Assembly: GCA_964035545.1 (NCBI GenBank) | Contig: OZ037765.1 | Location: 20,708,995-20,772,994 of the forward strand | Origin: Bugula neritina | Taxonomy: Eukaryota > Animalia > Bryozoa | Direction: 5' to 3' | Length of the DNA stretch: 64,000 nt | In this document: positions 1 to 12,400 of the stretch, one piece after another | How positions within the stretch are numbered: position 1 is the stretch's first letter | Layout of the letters: each line of letters starts with the position of its first letter | The notes under the pieces: model-generated | Seen by the model: the letters and a program-made list of their open reading frames with translations, nothing else | Database searches by the model: none | Told to the model about the DNA's origin: nothing | Made by a program: the position numbers and the translations under genes

Positions 1-407
1 TATTTCAATATAAATAATAACCATAAAGGGTCTTGAAGGTTTAAAACTGCTGCTAACGAGTCTACAAAATCTCGGTCGTCAAATTTATTGTTTGATGGAA
101 TAGCCTGTGTTCAAAAGTGTAGTCAAGAAGACTCTAAATTCAATGCAATAGCAGCATTATTTTATTGGGAGCTGTCAATAATATATTGACATATGGGTTA
201 TATTTAAAAGTTATATGCGTGTATAGTTTCCAGAGTTGAAGGTTCAATGATAATGATGTATGTAATTGCATCTAACTCATGTGGCAATTCATATTCCAAT
301 TCATATTCCATCATATATAGCAACTCACGCCAGCATGAATAGTGGGTAGGTTCATTAACATACTGAGATTTTACATTTCATATGTGCAACTGTCATCATT
401 TGTTTAG

Positions 408-3400
408 CCTGTGATGACATCAGACAGACTTACGACGCTTCTGGAACAAATATGAGTGAAATAGCAAACATCGTTCCAGAAGTAAACCTTCTTAGTGGTA
501 ACCTACTCTGCCCCGTAGCAAAGCCATGGTTTTCCATACTGGTGTGTATCAGTGAAGAGCATCGCTGTGATGGGACAGAGGACTGCTTAGGTGGTGTTGA
601 TGAGTTGGATTGTGGCTGTAAGTGTATATTTTAGACTGCGATAACATACTGTAATGTCATCAAATCTTTCTGCAAAACTGGCTTGTTCATAATATTTTTA
701 CCAGTCGATCAGCAGAACTAGTCACTGTGTTTTCACATTTCACTTAACAAAAATAATGAGTATTATGCTTGTTTGTTTCAATATTTTAATTAACTGATTT
801 TGATTTAGTCTGTTTTAAAATTACAACTAAAAGCCAGTAAAATACTTTTAAATTGAAAAACTTTTACCTTTTCAAGCATTTTCTTCTGTTGGTACATCTT
901 ACAAATTCAAACTGACCTTGCAAAAGGTTTTGACGTTGATAATGTTATGATTTATTTGCAAAGTGTGTAGCAGATTTGTAAATCTATATTATCTCAATGT
1001 TATGTTGGTTAGCCTATTGCGTTAATTTAGATGATGCATGGTGTTCCCATGAGCCTGTCCCAAACTATATCTGGCAAGAACCAGACGCCTGGACCTCTGC
1101 CAGACTGTATCCCTTTGGCGAAGAAGCTGGAGATGCAGATATGCTAAGCGGGCCTGATGACTGGGAGAAATTCTCATTATGTAAAAAAATAAGGATGAAT
1201 GGCAACATAGGAGTTCAGTTTTTTAATGCCAGATATTATTATATATATGTAAGTACAGACAGACAGATTTTGTCAGTTGTGAAAGCTTCCATTCATTTAG
1301 TTTCTTTTGTTTCGAGAGTTGTCTTCCGTAGATGAAGTTTTTGAGTGGTAAAATCATTAATTTTATTAGGAATTTTTAGTCACAATAGTTGCTTCAACTG
1401 AGAGGGGCAAAATGTACTTTTCACTTTTATATGAAATATTGTACCCAAAAATATTTTAGTAACATTTGATGTCCATTCATGCTTATCCAACGACACAGTC
1501 AACACCAATGTTGGAAGAAGTAGTTCTATATATTTTAAATTGTATATGTTTTATTGTCAAGGTAATGTTATGAACAAAGACATCTCCAACCTTTCATTTT
1601 TTCATTATTTTTTAATCTAATCGCTGGACAGAATTTTGAAGCATAAATATACACATTTTAGCATTCAAAGTGTAGCAGTTTGTTTTACCGCAAATTTTTG
1701 ATTTGAATATGTTATTGTTTACAGGTATGCGGTAATGGTTTACTAACCTTCAACAACGGTTATCGATCACACTATCCAGTCAAGTTTGAGGCAGACTCAT
1801 GGTATGACGATACTCCAATCATTGCCCCTTTCTGGGGTGAAGTTAGCGAGTTTCATACTCGTCTGGTAGAAGATGTGTTTCCGGGACTGCGCGCGAAAGC
1901 ATTCTATCATGAGTATGTGAAGTCCGTTGCCATGAGTGATAACACTACAGCAGTGTTGCAGAGGGCTACCTTGGACGTCGCAAATTCAGGCAAGTATAGA
2001 TGTGTTGAAGTTACAATTAGTGTCAGCTGTGCGTTGCTCACAAACCAACTTGCGTGTGTTGCTAAGTCACCGAGTCAAGTTGTGGTAGTTCTTCAAAAAA
2101 TTTGTGTTGTGATTTTCATTAGGTTAGTTATACTTGTTGCAAGTATTATAGCATTGTTGCTATACAAGCTTTCTGAGAAAAATCTATGAATAGTTCTCAG
2201 TTAAATAGCTGCTGTTTCATGTACATATAATATACTGATTCACTCTCTCTGTACTACTTTCAGTAATTAACATGTTCTGTGCACAACAAAACTTATTCCT
2301 CATAATCCTACAATGCTAGCACTGGTTTTTTTGTTTTCTCATGCAATTTTCTTCATTTCGTGGTAATGCAAAACTTTTTTCAATTCTGGTATGCATTCAT
2401 ATTTTAGAAGTTGGTGTTGACGGGTTTGAAGCTACATATGTGCTGGTTGTCACTTGGGTAAATATGGCACCATATAGTCATTGTGATTGGGTAGCATGGC
2501 GTGAGATAATGGAGGAGGCCTATGGATATGACTATGAATATGCTGAAGAAGAAGAAAGGGACCACTGTGTAGAACGAGCTACAACTGTTGCAGTGAGTCC
2601 AACAATATTTTGGTAAAACTTAAATATTTTTTGGCGTTGACCGACATTAGATTAGAAGTTGTTTCAATTTTAGATATGCTATCTTTTACAATAACATAAA
2701 GTAACAAGTATTTAAAGTTTTATGGCTTTCTATGGAGGTAGATTCTTATGGAACTCCAAAGAGAAAATGCTAACTGCAGCCTGATTTGTTGGAATAGCAT
2801 ATATTTGTTTATAGCTACTTGATTATAAATTTGTATTTAGTTGAACCACTTCCAAGCGGTGCTCATCTCAGATGGTGTTTACTCATTTGTGAAGTTTAAT
2901 TACCCAGAAGGTGGAATCAACTGGCCAGTACCAGGTTAGCAGCACTAGACTATACTCCTGGGACATGTAAATTGTGCCTTCAAATATTACATTCTTATAC
3001 TCGGTATTTTCGTAATAGATTAGTTATTCATTTGGCTTTAATGATCCTCAGTGATTTTTCTCTTTTTTTTTATAAAACAATGCTAATTTTAAAAATAAGT
3101 TAAAAATACACATTCATAGCTGAAAACAGCGTCATATCACTCCGGGCTATTTCTCACTGTAGAGATATCCTCTTGCATGCCCGATGATCAGATAGCTGCC
3201 ATACTGGGAGCAATAAATGGACCGCTGTCTAATGTAGCTGTAGCTGGCATCAACTCTGGTGATGTCTTACAAGGGGCTTTTCACTCTACTACCAAATATG
3301 TAAACGCCAGTGCCACTCTTGGTATAATGGACGTGGACTACTCGCCTGGCAACATGATATGTGAGTAGAGATTATTAGTTTGGTGAAAACATACTTTGGT

Positions 3401-6400
3401 AAATGCAAGCCTTATTTGATTTATCCGATGTTTCAAAGTGCATTTAGCACTTTCTGATTAAAGTACAATAGCTTGTATTATTTATCCAGTGTGGCGATAT
3501 TATGTTCTACAAAAGCAAAAAAGGTGTAGATATGGCAATGTACTTACTTTACTGTATCACTAGTTTCTTACATCTAATTTTATAGCTGAAGCAAAGGGCG
3601 AATGGCTGTTCAGGGTTGAGGAATCCTCGGGGCTAGCTGATGCGAGGGTGCAGTGTAGTCAGTTTGTTAACAGACAGAACCCAGCTCTCTATAGGGAGTA
3701 CAATACGCTCCAACATTGTCCTCAAAATCTCTTCCAGATGTGGTGGGACTGGGAGTGAGTTACATTCGTTACAATTGTGTCTACATCAATGTACATAAAC
3801 ATATGTACAGCTTTTTATTTACTAGCTCTTTTATGAGTGACACTTACTACAACGTGTAAATACATTTATAGTTTGTAGCTGCACTGTTTGAGCAAATTCA
3901 CATGGTCCAATATTAATTTTCTTTATGTTTCAGCTACACTTGGTATGGAGGATTTGATTGGATTGAATGTTACATTAGTACGTTTCCAGTCCTGGATATA
4001 GATACTGGCCTTCCTATTGAAAACTTTATGAACCTTAGTCAACTTTGTTGCTACGATATGGACTGGAATAGTGATTCTTTTTCATCGATTATAACTGACT
4101 CGCCATTTGCTGGTCATGTGACTGTAAGTATTATGCACTGTTCATCGTTATCCATTGACCGGTGCTTTTTAAAAATATGTGTAATTCAAATGAAGATAAA
4201 AATGGCTGTGATATTAAAACAAAGTAGTTTGGTTGTACAATATAGTTTTACCTGTTATGTAATATGTTTTATGCATTTCAAACAGAATTTTACAAATTCC
4301 TATGACCAGGCATAACGTAAAGCATTTATCAAAAGCCATGATTATTCAAATTATTGGTTTGAAAATTACTAGTTCTTAAAAAAGCATATTGAAGCTGTGA
4401 AGCTGATTGTGATTAGACACTGCAAGTTAGAAGTTTATAAGTTTACTGCTCTGTTTGAATATTTCTCACAGGATTTGACAGACGAAGAAGACGATGGCTT
4501 TATCAAGTGCTGTGTGGAGGCACAGGATAATGCTTTGTGTAACTCTTTTTACGACGTGCGTCCTAACAATAACGGCTCCTTCTATGATGCACCTGCTCGC
4601 CGTGAGTTATTTCAGCTACTTTACTTGTGTTTTTAACATATTGGTAAAAACAGCACCACATATTTCTTCAATGCTGGATAACTATATCGGTATTTGATAA
4701 ATGAATTTTGTTCTAACTATTTTAGAGCCATGGTTTGGAGATCCTCATATTGTGACATCCGATGGAGTTAGTTATACATTCAATGGTCTTGGAGAGTATT
4801 TGTTCACTGAAATTGGAAGCCGTGTTATAATACAAGCCAGAACTGAAAGGGTTGTCCTAGATAGTGGCGGTAAAGTTGATTTTAATTGGACAGTTACTTA
4901 TCTAACTACTTTTACATTTCAGTTTACTTTTCAGATTTATATGATTGTACTCCTGCCTTGGTAGAATGTAGCGTTGAACTTTTGAAGCATTACTCTTTAC
5001 TTTTGGTGATGTAGAGCTCGGTCAAGCCACGTACTTCAGCGCCATATGTGTGAAGAGTGATTCCTTACCAAGAGTGCAAGTTCAGATCAACAAGAATGCT
5101 GACACCAATGCTGTCGGGGTAGACAATCTGATGCAGATGGTTATTGATGGAACAGAAATGGACATCAGTTTGATAGAGCAAGATAAGAACACCACCCAGG
5201 CGCTTGATGGTGTAAATAATGGAATACTGTTTAAACGCTCCAACAGTAGCTTGACTGTGCTTTTTTCTTCTGGCGTATCTATCGATGTCTCCCCTAGCAA
5301 TGTAAGTGTACAGTTGCAGCTTGCCCTATTTTTGTTAATTCACCTGTGATAAACTTAACATAATGCACAATTTAAATTTGGTGAACATTATGCAGTTTCT
5401 GTAGGATTATGATAGATAAACTTTTTTGTGCACAGAACATGTTAGATAGTAGAGTAGTACAGTTTCTACATCAAACATTAGCTATTTAACTGAAAGCTTT
5501 ACATAGCTTTTTCTCTGAAAGCTTGTATAGCAACAATGCTATAATATAGCAGTTTCTTAATGTATCTCTGCACTTTGTTATGTGGCCAAGCCAAGCTGCT
5601 TCATCTTGAAATATAATTCTCAACACACATAAATTGTGCTAATTTGTGTCTAGTTTAACATTATCTGTTGCAGAAAATCCTCACTATCACACTCAGTTTA
5701 CCCTCCAAGTTTAAAGGCAAGACTCTCGGTTTGACTGGTAAGTATGATGGTGACAAGGAGAATGATTTCATGAAGTATGATGAGAGCGGCTACATACCCA
5801 ACAACTCTTCCGAATCAGAAATCTTTGACTGGGCTCAAATGTGTGAGTATTTTGCTTCTCAGGCAATCCCATTATTTCATAGTTGTTTTGTAGAATCATT
5901 TGATGATGAGTTCATGAAAATTAGTGTTGCTAAAGGTGTGAAGTAAATTGTTAACTATTAAAAAAATGTTTTTGTATCTTTCTGAAGCTTTTAGTCAGCA
6001 CTGTAATATATTGAATAACCACTCTCTTTTTATTAATGTTGCTATTCTTTTTTCTTAAAGTTGCTGTGTCTGAAGAGGATTCTATCATGTATTATACTGA
6101 AGCTGGAACTGACTGGTCAACTTATAATGACAACTCATTTGTACCCGTGTTTACTGATAACATTGACAACTGGGCGTGGTCTTCTGAGGAGTTGAAGACA
6201 GAAGCACTCAAGACCTGCAGCAATGACACCGCTTGTCTTTATGACGTCTTTATAACCGGAGATATCAACCTTGGCAAGGTCACTAAGCAGACTGTAGATG
6301 ATAGTGTTGCTGTGAGCGCAGCTTTGAGTAAGTACTTTGATTTTATTGAGTTGGTTTTGGAGAGGTCAAGAGTGCTGTTAGTCACTTGCTAGAGGTGAAT

Positions 6401-9400
6401 TATCTCTGGTTTTTTTTCTTCGAGCACACTGTGTATGTATTCTAGGATAGCAGTAAATTATAACGGATGGCTTAAAATTCTATGCCGAGAAGATGACTTA
6501 CCAACTTTATTTTTCATCAGTCTTTTGAGTTTGCTTATGCATGGAAACTCTGTGTATACATATATTCTAATATAGCAGTAGATTGTAACTTATGGCTTAA
6601 AATTCTACTCAGGGAATATAACATATTATTGTTGTTTTATGCCAGTTTTTCAGTTTTACTTATAAGTGAAAACTACTTCAAGTTTATGGCTATTCATCAG
6701 TTTATACTGCTAAACTTTACATCATTGTTTAGATGTCTCAATAGTAGTTGTGCTTTCTTGATAGATAACTTTGCTCCACAAATATCTGGGCCTGATACCG
6801 TGTTCTCTACTGTTGGTGTGGACTTCACTTATGTAGTCAGTGTGAATGACTCAAACGGAGATGACGTGACTGTCACAACCAGCATACCATCTTCTCAGTC
6901 TACTGATGGCCATTTGGTCACTTTAACAGCTCAGCTTGATTCTTCTAGTAACTTTACTAACCTAAAGTTCACTGTCATAGCAAAGGCAAGTAATGTGTAT
7001 TTGGTTACGAATGCCTGCTCTATGATCCTTTTTTTTTCGTTACACAAGAAAGATTTTGTTTAAACTCATGGGGAGGTCATTTTATTTCGAATGATTTGCT
7101 TTTTTCATTAGCATGGAATTTAGCTTAAATTCTAATGATTTAAAACAGGATCCTAGTGGGGCGGCAAACACCAAGACTCCCGTATTGATGATCTGTAATT
7201 GCCAAAATGGAGGAACATGCCTCGAACTTTCTGCTGAGGAACTGGAATTTGCAAGTTCTTTGTGAGTTTAGATTTATCAAATTCTCATTCTTTGGCTGAA
7301 TCTAGCAGTTTGCTTTATGTAGTCATTTTTACGTACATAAATCTTTGTATTTATATCAGTGATTTGCAGTAAGTTGTGTACATTTAAAAATAACATTTTC
7401 ATTGCACAACTTTTAATACTACGAAAGAAATTTAATTTTTAAATATCTGCAGGTTTGGTGCTAATATCAATGGTTATATTCATGATGAGTAGTTTTACTA
7501 TTAATGGAAGTGGTTTGACATTTACAGCTCTGTGGTACTGGATTGTATCTGTCCAGCTGGATATACAGGAGATACTTGTGATACAGATTTAGATGCATGT
7601 TCTCTGGTAGCTTCCCCCTGTTATCCATCAGTCCTGTGTGTAGATAGTCCACCACCAGCTGATCACACTGGATACACGTAAGTCTATGTTGATACAATAT
7701 CTGTAGGTTTCTCTTTTATCTTTATGTATCTCTAAACATCTACTAAATATTCATACTCCTTACAGATGTGGAGATTGTCCACCTGGATACACAGGAGATG
7801 GTAAAACATGCACAGATATAGATGAATGTGAAGATGAAAGTAGTTGTGGTCACATCTGTATCAACTCTCCAGGATCATATGTCTGTGCCTGCAATAGTGG
7901 GTATGAACTTGACGAAGATGGATCTACTTGCAATGGTAAGTGATTAGATGCACACCCTTTTTTTCCAGCATAAATAAAAACTTAGGTTCATTGAATTTAA
8001 GAATATATTTGGCATTTGACAAAAAAGTTTAACTTTTGTGGTCTGAATAAAGCATGGTACAAACGAAGTGAATGTAGAATAAAAACATTAAGAAAACCTT
8101 CTGGTTTAAATAAACTTATACCATATTTGTTGGCCAACCCTAAAAATTTGTCCTGTTGCAATTATTGTTCTCCATACTTTTTTCTGTTTCTGAAATCGGT
8201 TATAGAGTAAGAGATAGTTTTTTTAAATTTTTATTTTTCCCATGTCATCTACACAGGGTTGTAGCTCTTTGTTGTGTAGGACAATGAAAAAGGTATCTAC
8301 TAGCCACTATCGCCATAGCATATGTTTCTTTTAGATGTTGACGAGTGTCTGGCTGATCCATGCCATCATAACTGCACCAACTCTGATGGTACCTACTCAT
8401 GTTCCTGTAATGATGGGTATACACTGAGTAGCAATCAGCTTGACTGTGAACGTAAGTTTTTATTGACAAGAGCCTTTTGATAATCAATTTTTAGCTGTTT
8501 AGTTGTTTATACCGCAATGTTTTACTTGAACTTTGTCCAACTATTTGAAGACATAATTTTTTTGCTGATCATGAGCTTATTGTTTTATTGTATTCATTTT
8601 TTGAGTTTTATGGTAATATTTTGCCAATTAACGGCAAAAAATAAAATTGCTCTCAATGGCAGACTTTTACAGCATATGATAGCTCACCAGAGTAAAGTTT
8701 CTCTGTTTTTGAGTACTAAGTTATTGCGTTGTTTACCCGAATTTTATTTGAAGAAATAATTTATGTCTAATGTTACTATCTCATGTGCAACTGTAAAATT
8801 ATTTCTGATTCAAAACATTTTAAGCTTATAATTTGTTTGAAAGTCGCTTTCAAACTCTAGTTTATGTTGATGAAGTATTTGTAACCAGTTCATTCTGACT
8901 AAATGAATGTGTTATCATACTGGAATGCAATTCACCATCAAATTAATGTTAAGGTTTCCAAATGAAAATTGTTATCAACATTGGTTCGGCACCAGTAGCA
9001 ATGAACACATATTTGCAATCTTGCCCATTTGACATTTTAGCTGAAAATCCATGCTCTGAGCCCAGCCCTTGCGATAGTACAAATGGTTTGTGCAGCTCTG
9101 TTGATGGCTCAGAGGTTTGCTCTTGTAAGAAGGGCTACACTCTGGCTGGTGATGATGTATCTTGTGTGGAGATAGACGAGTGCCTCCTTGGCATTGATGG
9201 CTGCCAGCATAACTGCGTGAATGAAGTCGGAGGTTACTCCTGCACCTGTAATGATGGCTACAGTCTTGCTTCTAATGCCTTGGACTGCGAAGGTGAGCCT
9301 GTGATATCACTCTATGTCTCTTTGGATCACTATGGTTTTTCATATTTTTTATTTATAACATATTTAACACAAAGTAAGTATAATAATAGTACCTTGATAT

Positions 9401-12400
9401 TCCATCAGTTTTACATATTTTATTTTATCATTATTTTATCACTGTGATAACAAATCAGTTTGTGAAAATGCAATCTATCAATACTTTTTGTAAGACTATT
9501 TTTAATTATTCTGTAAATTTTGCCATTTTTATTCTTTGTTTTTGATTATACCTTGTAGAGTGGTTTTTTCTCAACTTGTTTCTTTCTCATTCAATTAATA
9601 ACCCACGTGTTGTGTCTATAGTCTCGTTTCATGTGTACAGGATGAGATAGGTTTAGTCTCAAAAAGTCTCCATATGAGTAGGTTTGCCCTACTTAGTGAT
9701 CACAGAAATATAGCCATCACAGTGTTATTTTTAGATAAGAATGAATGCATTCTGGACACTTATGATTGCCATGAATCCCAGTCTTGCTCCAACACGGAGG
9801 GCTCATATGATTGCGTCTGCTTAGCTGGCCAAGAATTCAAAGACGGACAATGTCAAGGTGAAAATGCTTCAGATATTCTTACTTTGTTGACAATACACAA
9901 CACTGCATTCTGTGAATACAAAATCATGTATAATTTATATAGTGACTTCAGTAGTGGACTTTCACTGTTTTGCTGTTGCTACAGTTTTTATTCTTGTCAA
10001 TGAAGTATCAATATTAGTCACTTTAAAGTTCAGTACTAACCTAAATAGTTATTGAGTACGAAATTTTGGAGTTGTTTGCTTTTACAGCTGTTGTTTACAC
10101 TGACCCCGTGAGTCCTATAACTAGTGACCCGGTCCCAGAGGCTGAAGTTAATGCTATTAAGATGTCTTTGGATGGAATGACTATTGCTGAGGTAAAAATT
10201 TTCATGTTCCATTTTATAATGGTTTAGAAAACTATTTTTTATACTCTACATGGGATGTTAAACATTCAGCATTATTTAGCAGGAAATGCATTAGATATGT
10301 AAACCTATTGTTGGTGGTAAATATCAATTCTCTATTTAAAATGTTCATAGCTTTTTATTTACCGCACAACAGACCAAATAAAGCACTATTTTGCTTAAGA
10401 ACATTTGATCTACTCATAGTTTTATTAGTAAAATACAAAAAATGTTATAGTGAACACTGAACAGTATATGTCCTTTTCATTCATTCAGTTGTAACATACT
10501 GTGCTTATTTCAGTATACTCTTGAAAAAGAGGTTCAACTATTCACCCTGTTAGCTGAAGAACTAAGTGATAGATGTGCCCAGCAAACGTGTGGATTTGAG
10601 AGTGTGGCATCAGAAGCCAGCAGAAGAAGGTATGTGATTGTGTGATTGCTGTACTACTGCATATAACAGTTATTTTAATAGGCCAGAGATTGCAGCTTGT
10701 TATGGCTCAGTAACCAATGAGCTTATGGATACCATTGTTGAAGAAGACAAACACAAAGTATTTTACGCAATATGTGTTGAGTCACACTGTTTACTATACT
10801 ACTCTGCTGTGTGCTGCATTACGTCTTGTTGTGGTATGGTAACCTAGCTACAGTATACTTTTCTTTTGTACTATTTGTGTTGTCTAAATTATTTTGAAGA
10901 ACATCTCTTATCAGCAACTGGAGCATATTCTCATTTTTTGGGAAGTTAAATCTTTTTGCAAATTTCAAGCTTTCATTTCTTTTCATCTAAAGGAAGGACA
11001 TGCATACCATTTAACATTTGCTAGACACACACCATTATTTCAATGAATATATAAATCTATAGCAACAAACAGTTTGCTGCAGGCACTAGCTTAGTAAAGG
11101 GTTCTAGACTGGAAAAATAAAAAATTGAATAAAAATGTTTATAGAAAAAACAACTTCCCTGAATTGTCTAAAATGCCCTACTTTACAGCTGTGCCTAATT
11201 GCTAGGGTTTTTTGTGTTATAGCATTAGCCTAGAAAGCATGTCTTCTGTGAGTAGGTCATTACTCATATGTTGGGGATTTCAACTGTACTAAGACATATA
11301 TAACTGTATAATGGTGAATGTCAAATAACCTATTTCACCTGTTATGCTTATTTTATATTAATAATGCTGCATATTATTATGTAATATTACATTTGAGAAA
11401 AGTTTATCAACAAATCCTCCAGCACTTAGCTGTAGATGCAGGAAATATTGGTGTCAACTTGTAGCATGTAACTCTGTTTTAATAGAAATAAATGCCCTTG
11501 AATATACTTGTTTCTTTTTTAATTTTAATATTTTATATTTAGTTGTGGAAATTTAAAGTTTACCTTAGATTTCAATGGTGGTGATATATAGCAATAGCAA
11601 TATATTGTTTCCAGTGATGTATCATTGTAATTGCAATTTATAGGAAGAGGTCCACATCCGTCACATTCTACAAGGAGTATTTTTCAAGACTCCCAGGCTA
11701 TCCTCAGTATGATGAGAATAACAACCTGCAGCTAGCCATATACTCTCTCGTCACGGGCAAAGGGGTGCTCGCTGTAGATGATCTGCAAGCTGCTATAACA
11801 TCAGCTACGTCTGAAATCAGCTCTGCTATAGGTATTTCTTACTCATTCTCACAAAGTCTCTTGGAATATTTGAACTAATTTTTTGTTTGAGTTGTTTAGT
11901 AACGTTTTCACAAAATAACGACTGGTGATGACTTAGGAAGCAATAGAAAGCAGATATGCTTTTATTTTACTGATATAATTACAGATTTTGTTTATCAAAG
12001 TGTTGTTTCTTAGAGTTACATAGTGAGTGACTGAGAGAGTTAGTGAGTGAGTAGATAGTGAGTGAGTAGATAGTGAGTGAGTAGATAGCATAGTTAGCAC
12101 TATTCGATAATCGATAGACGATGAAACTGCTGTAAGGTTGAATGTACTGCAGGTCATTTATTTGTCAGCAATATTTGTACATGATCACACACTATGAAGC
12201 TAGTATAGTGTGTGTTGTGTTGCAGGGTTCCCGGTCATTGACATCACTGTAGCCTTTGTACCAACAACTACCACGACCACAGAGTCTGAGAGTACTACAA
12301 TTGTAGACCCTAAGTCTGGAAATCAGTCCGTCATATACATCGCTGTTGGGGCATCAGCTGGAGTTGTGCTCCTTGTAATTGTAGTTGCTGTTCTTATCAT

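Noticed and set aside
11644-11740. A/C similarity at [18 protein letters not shown] as another conversion tract
   Set aside because: Many synonymous differences; ordinary protein-level conservation
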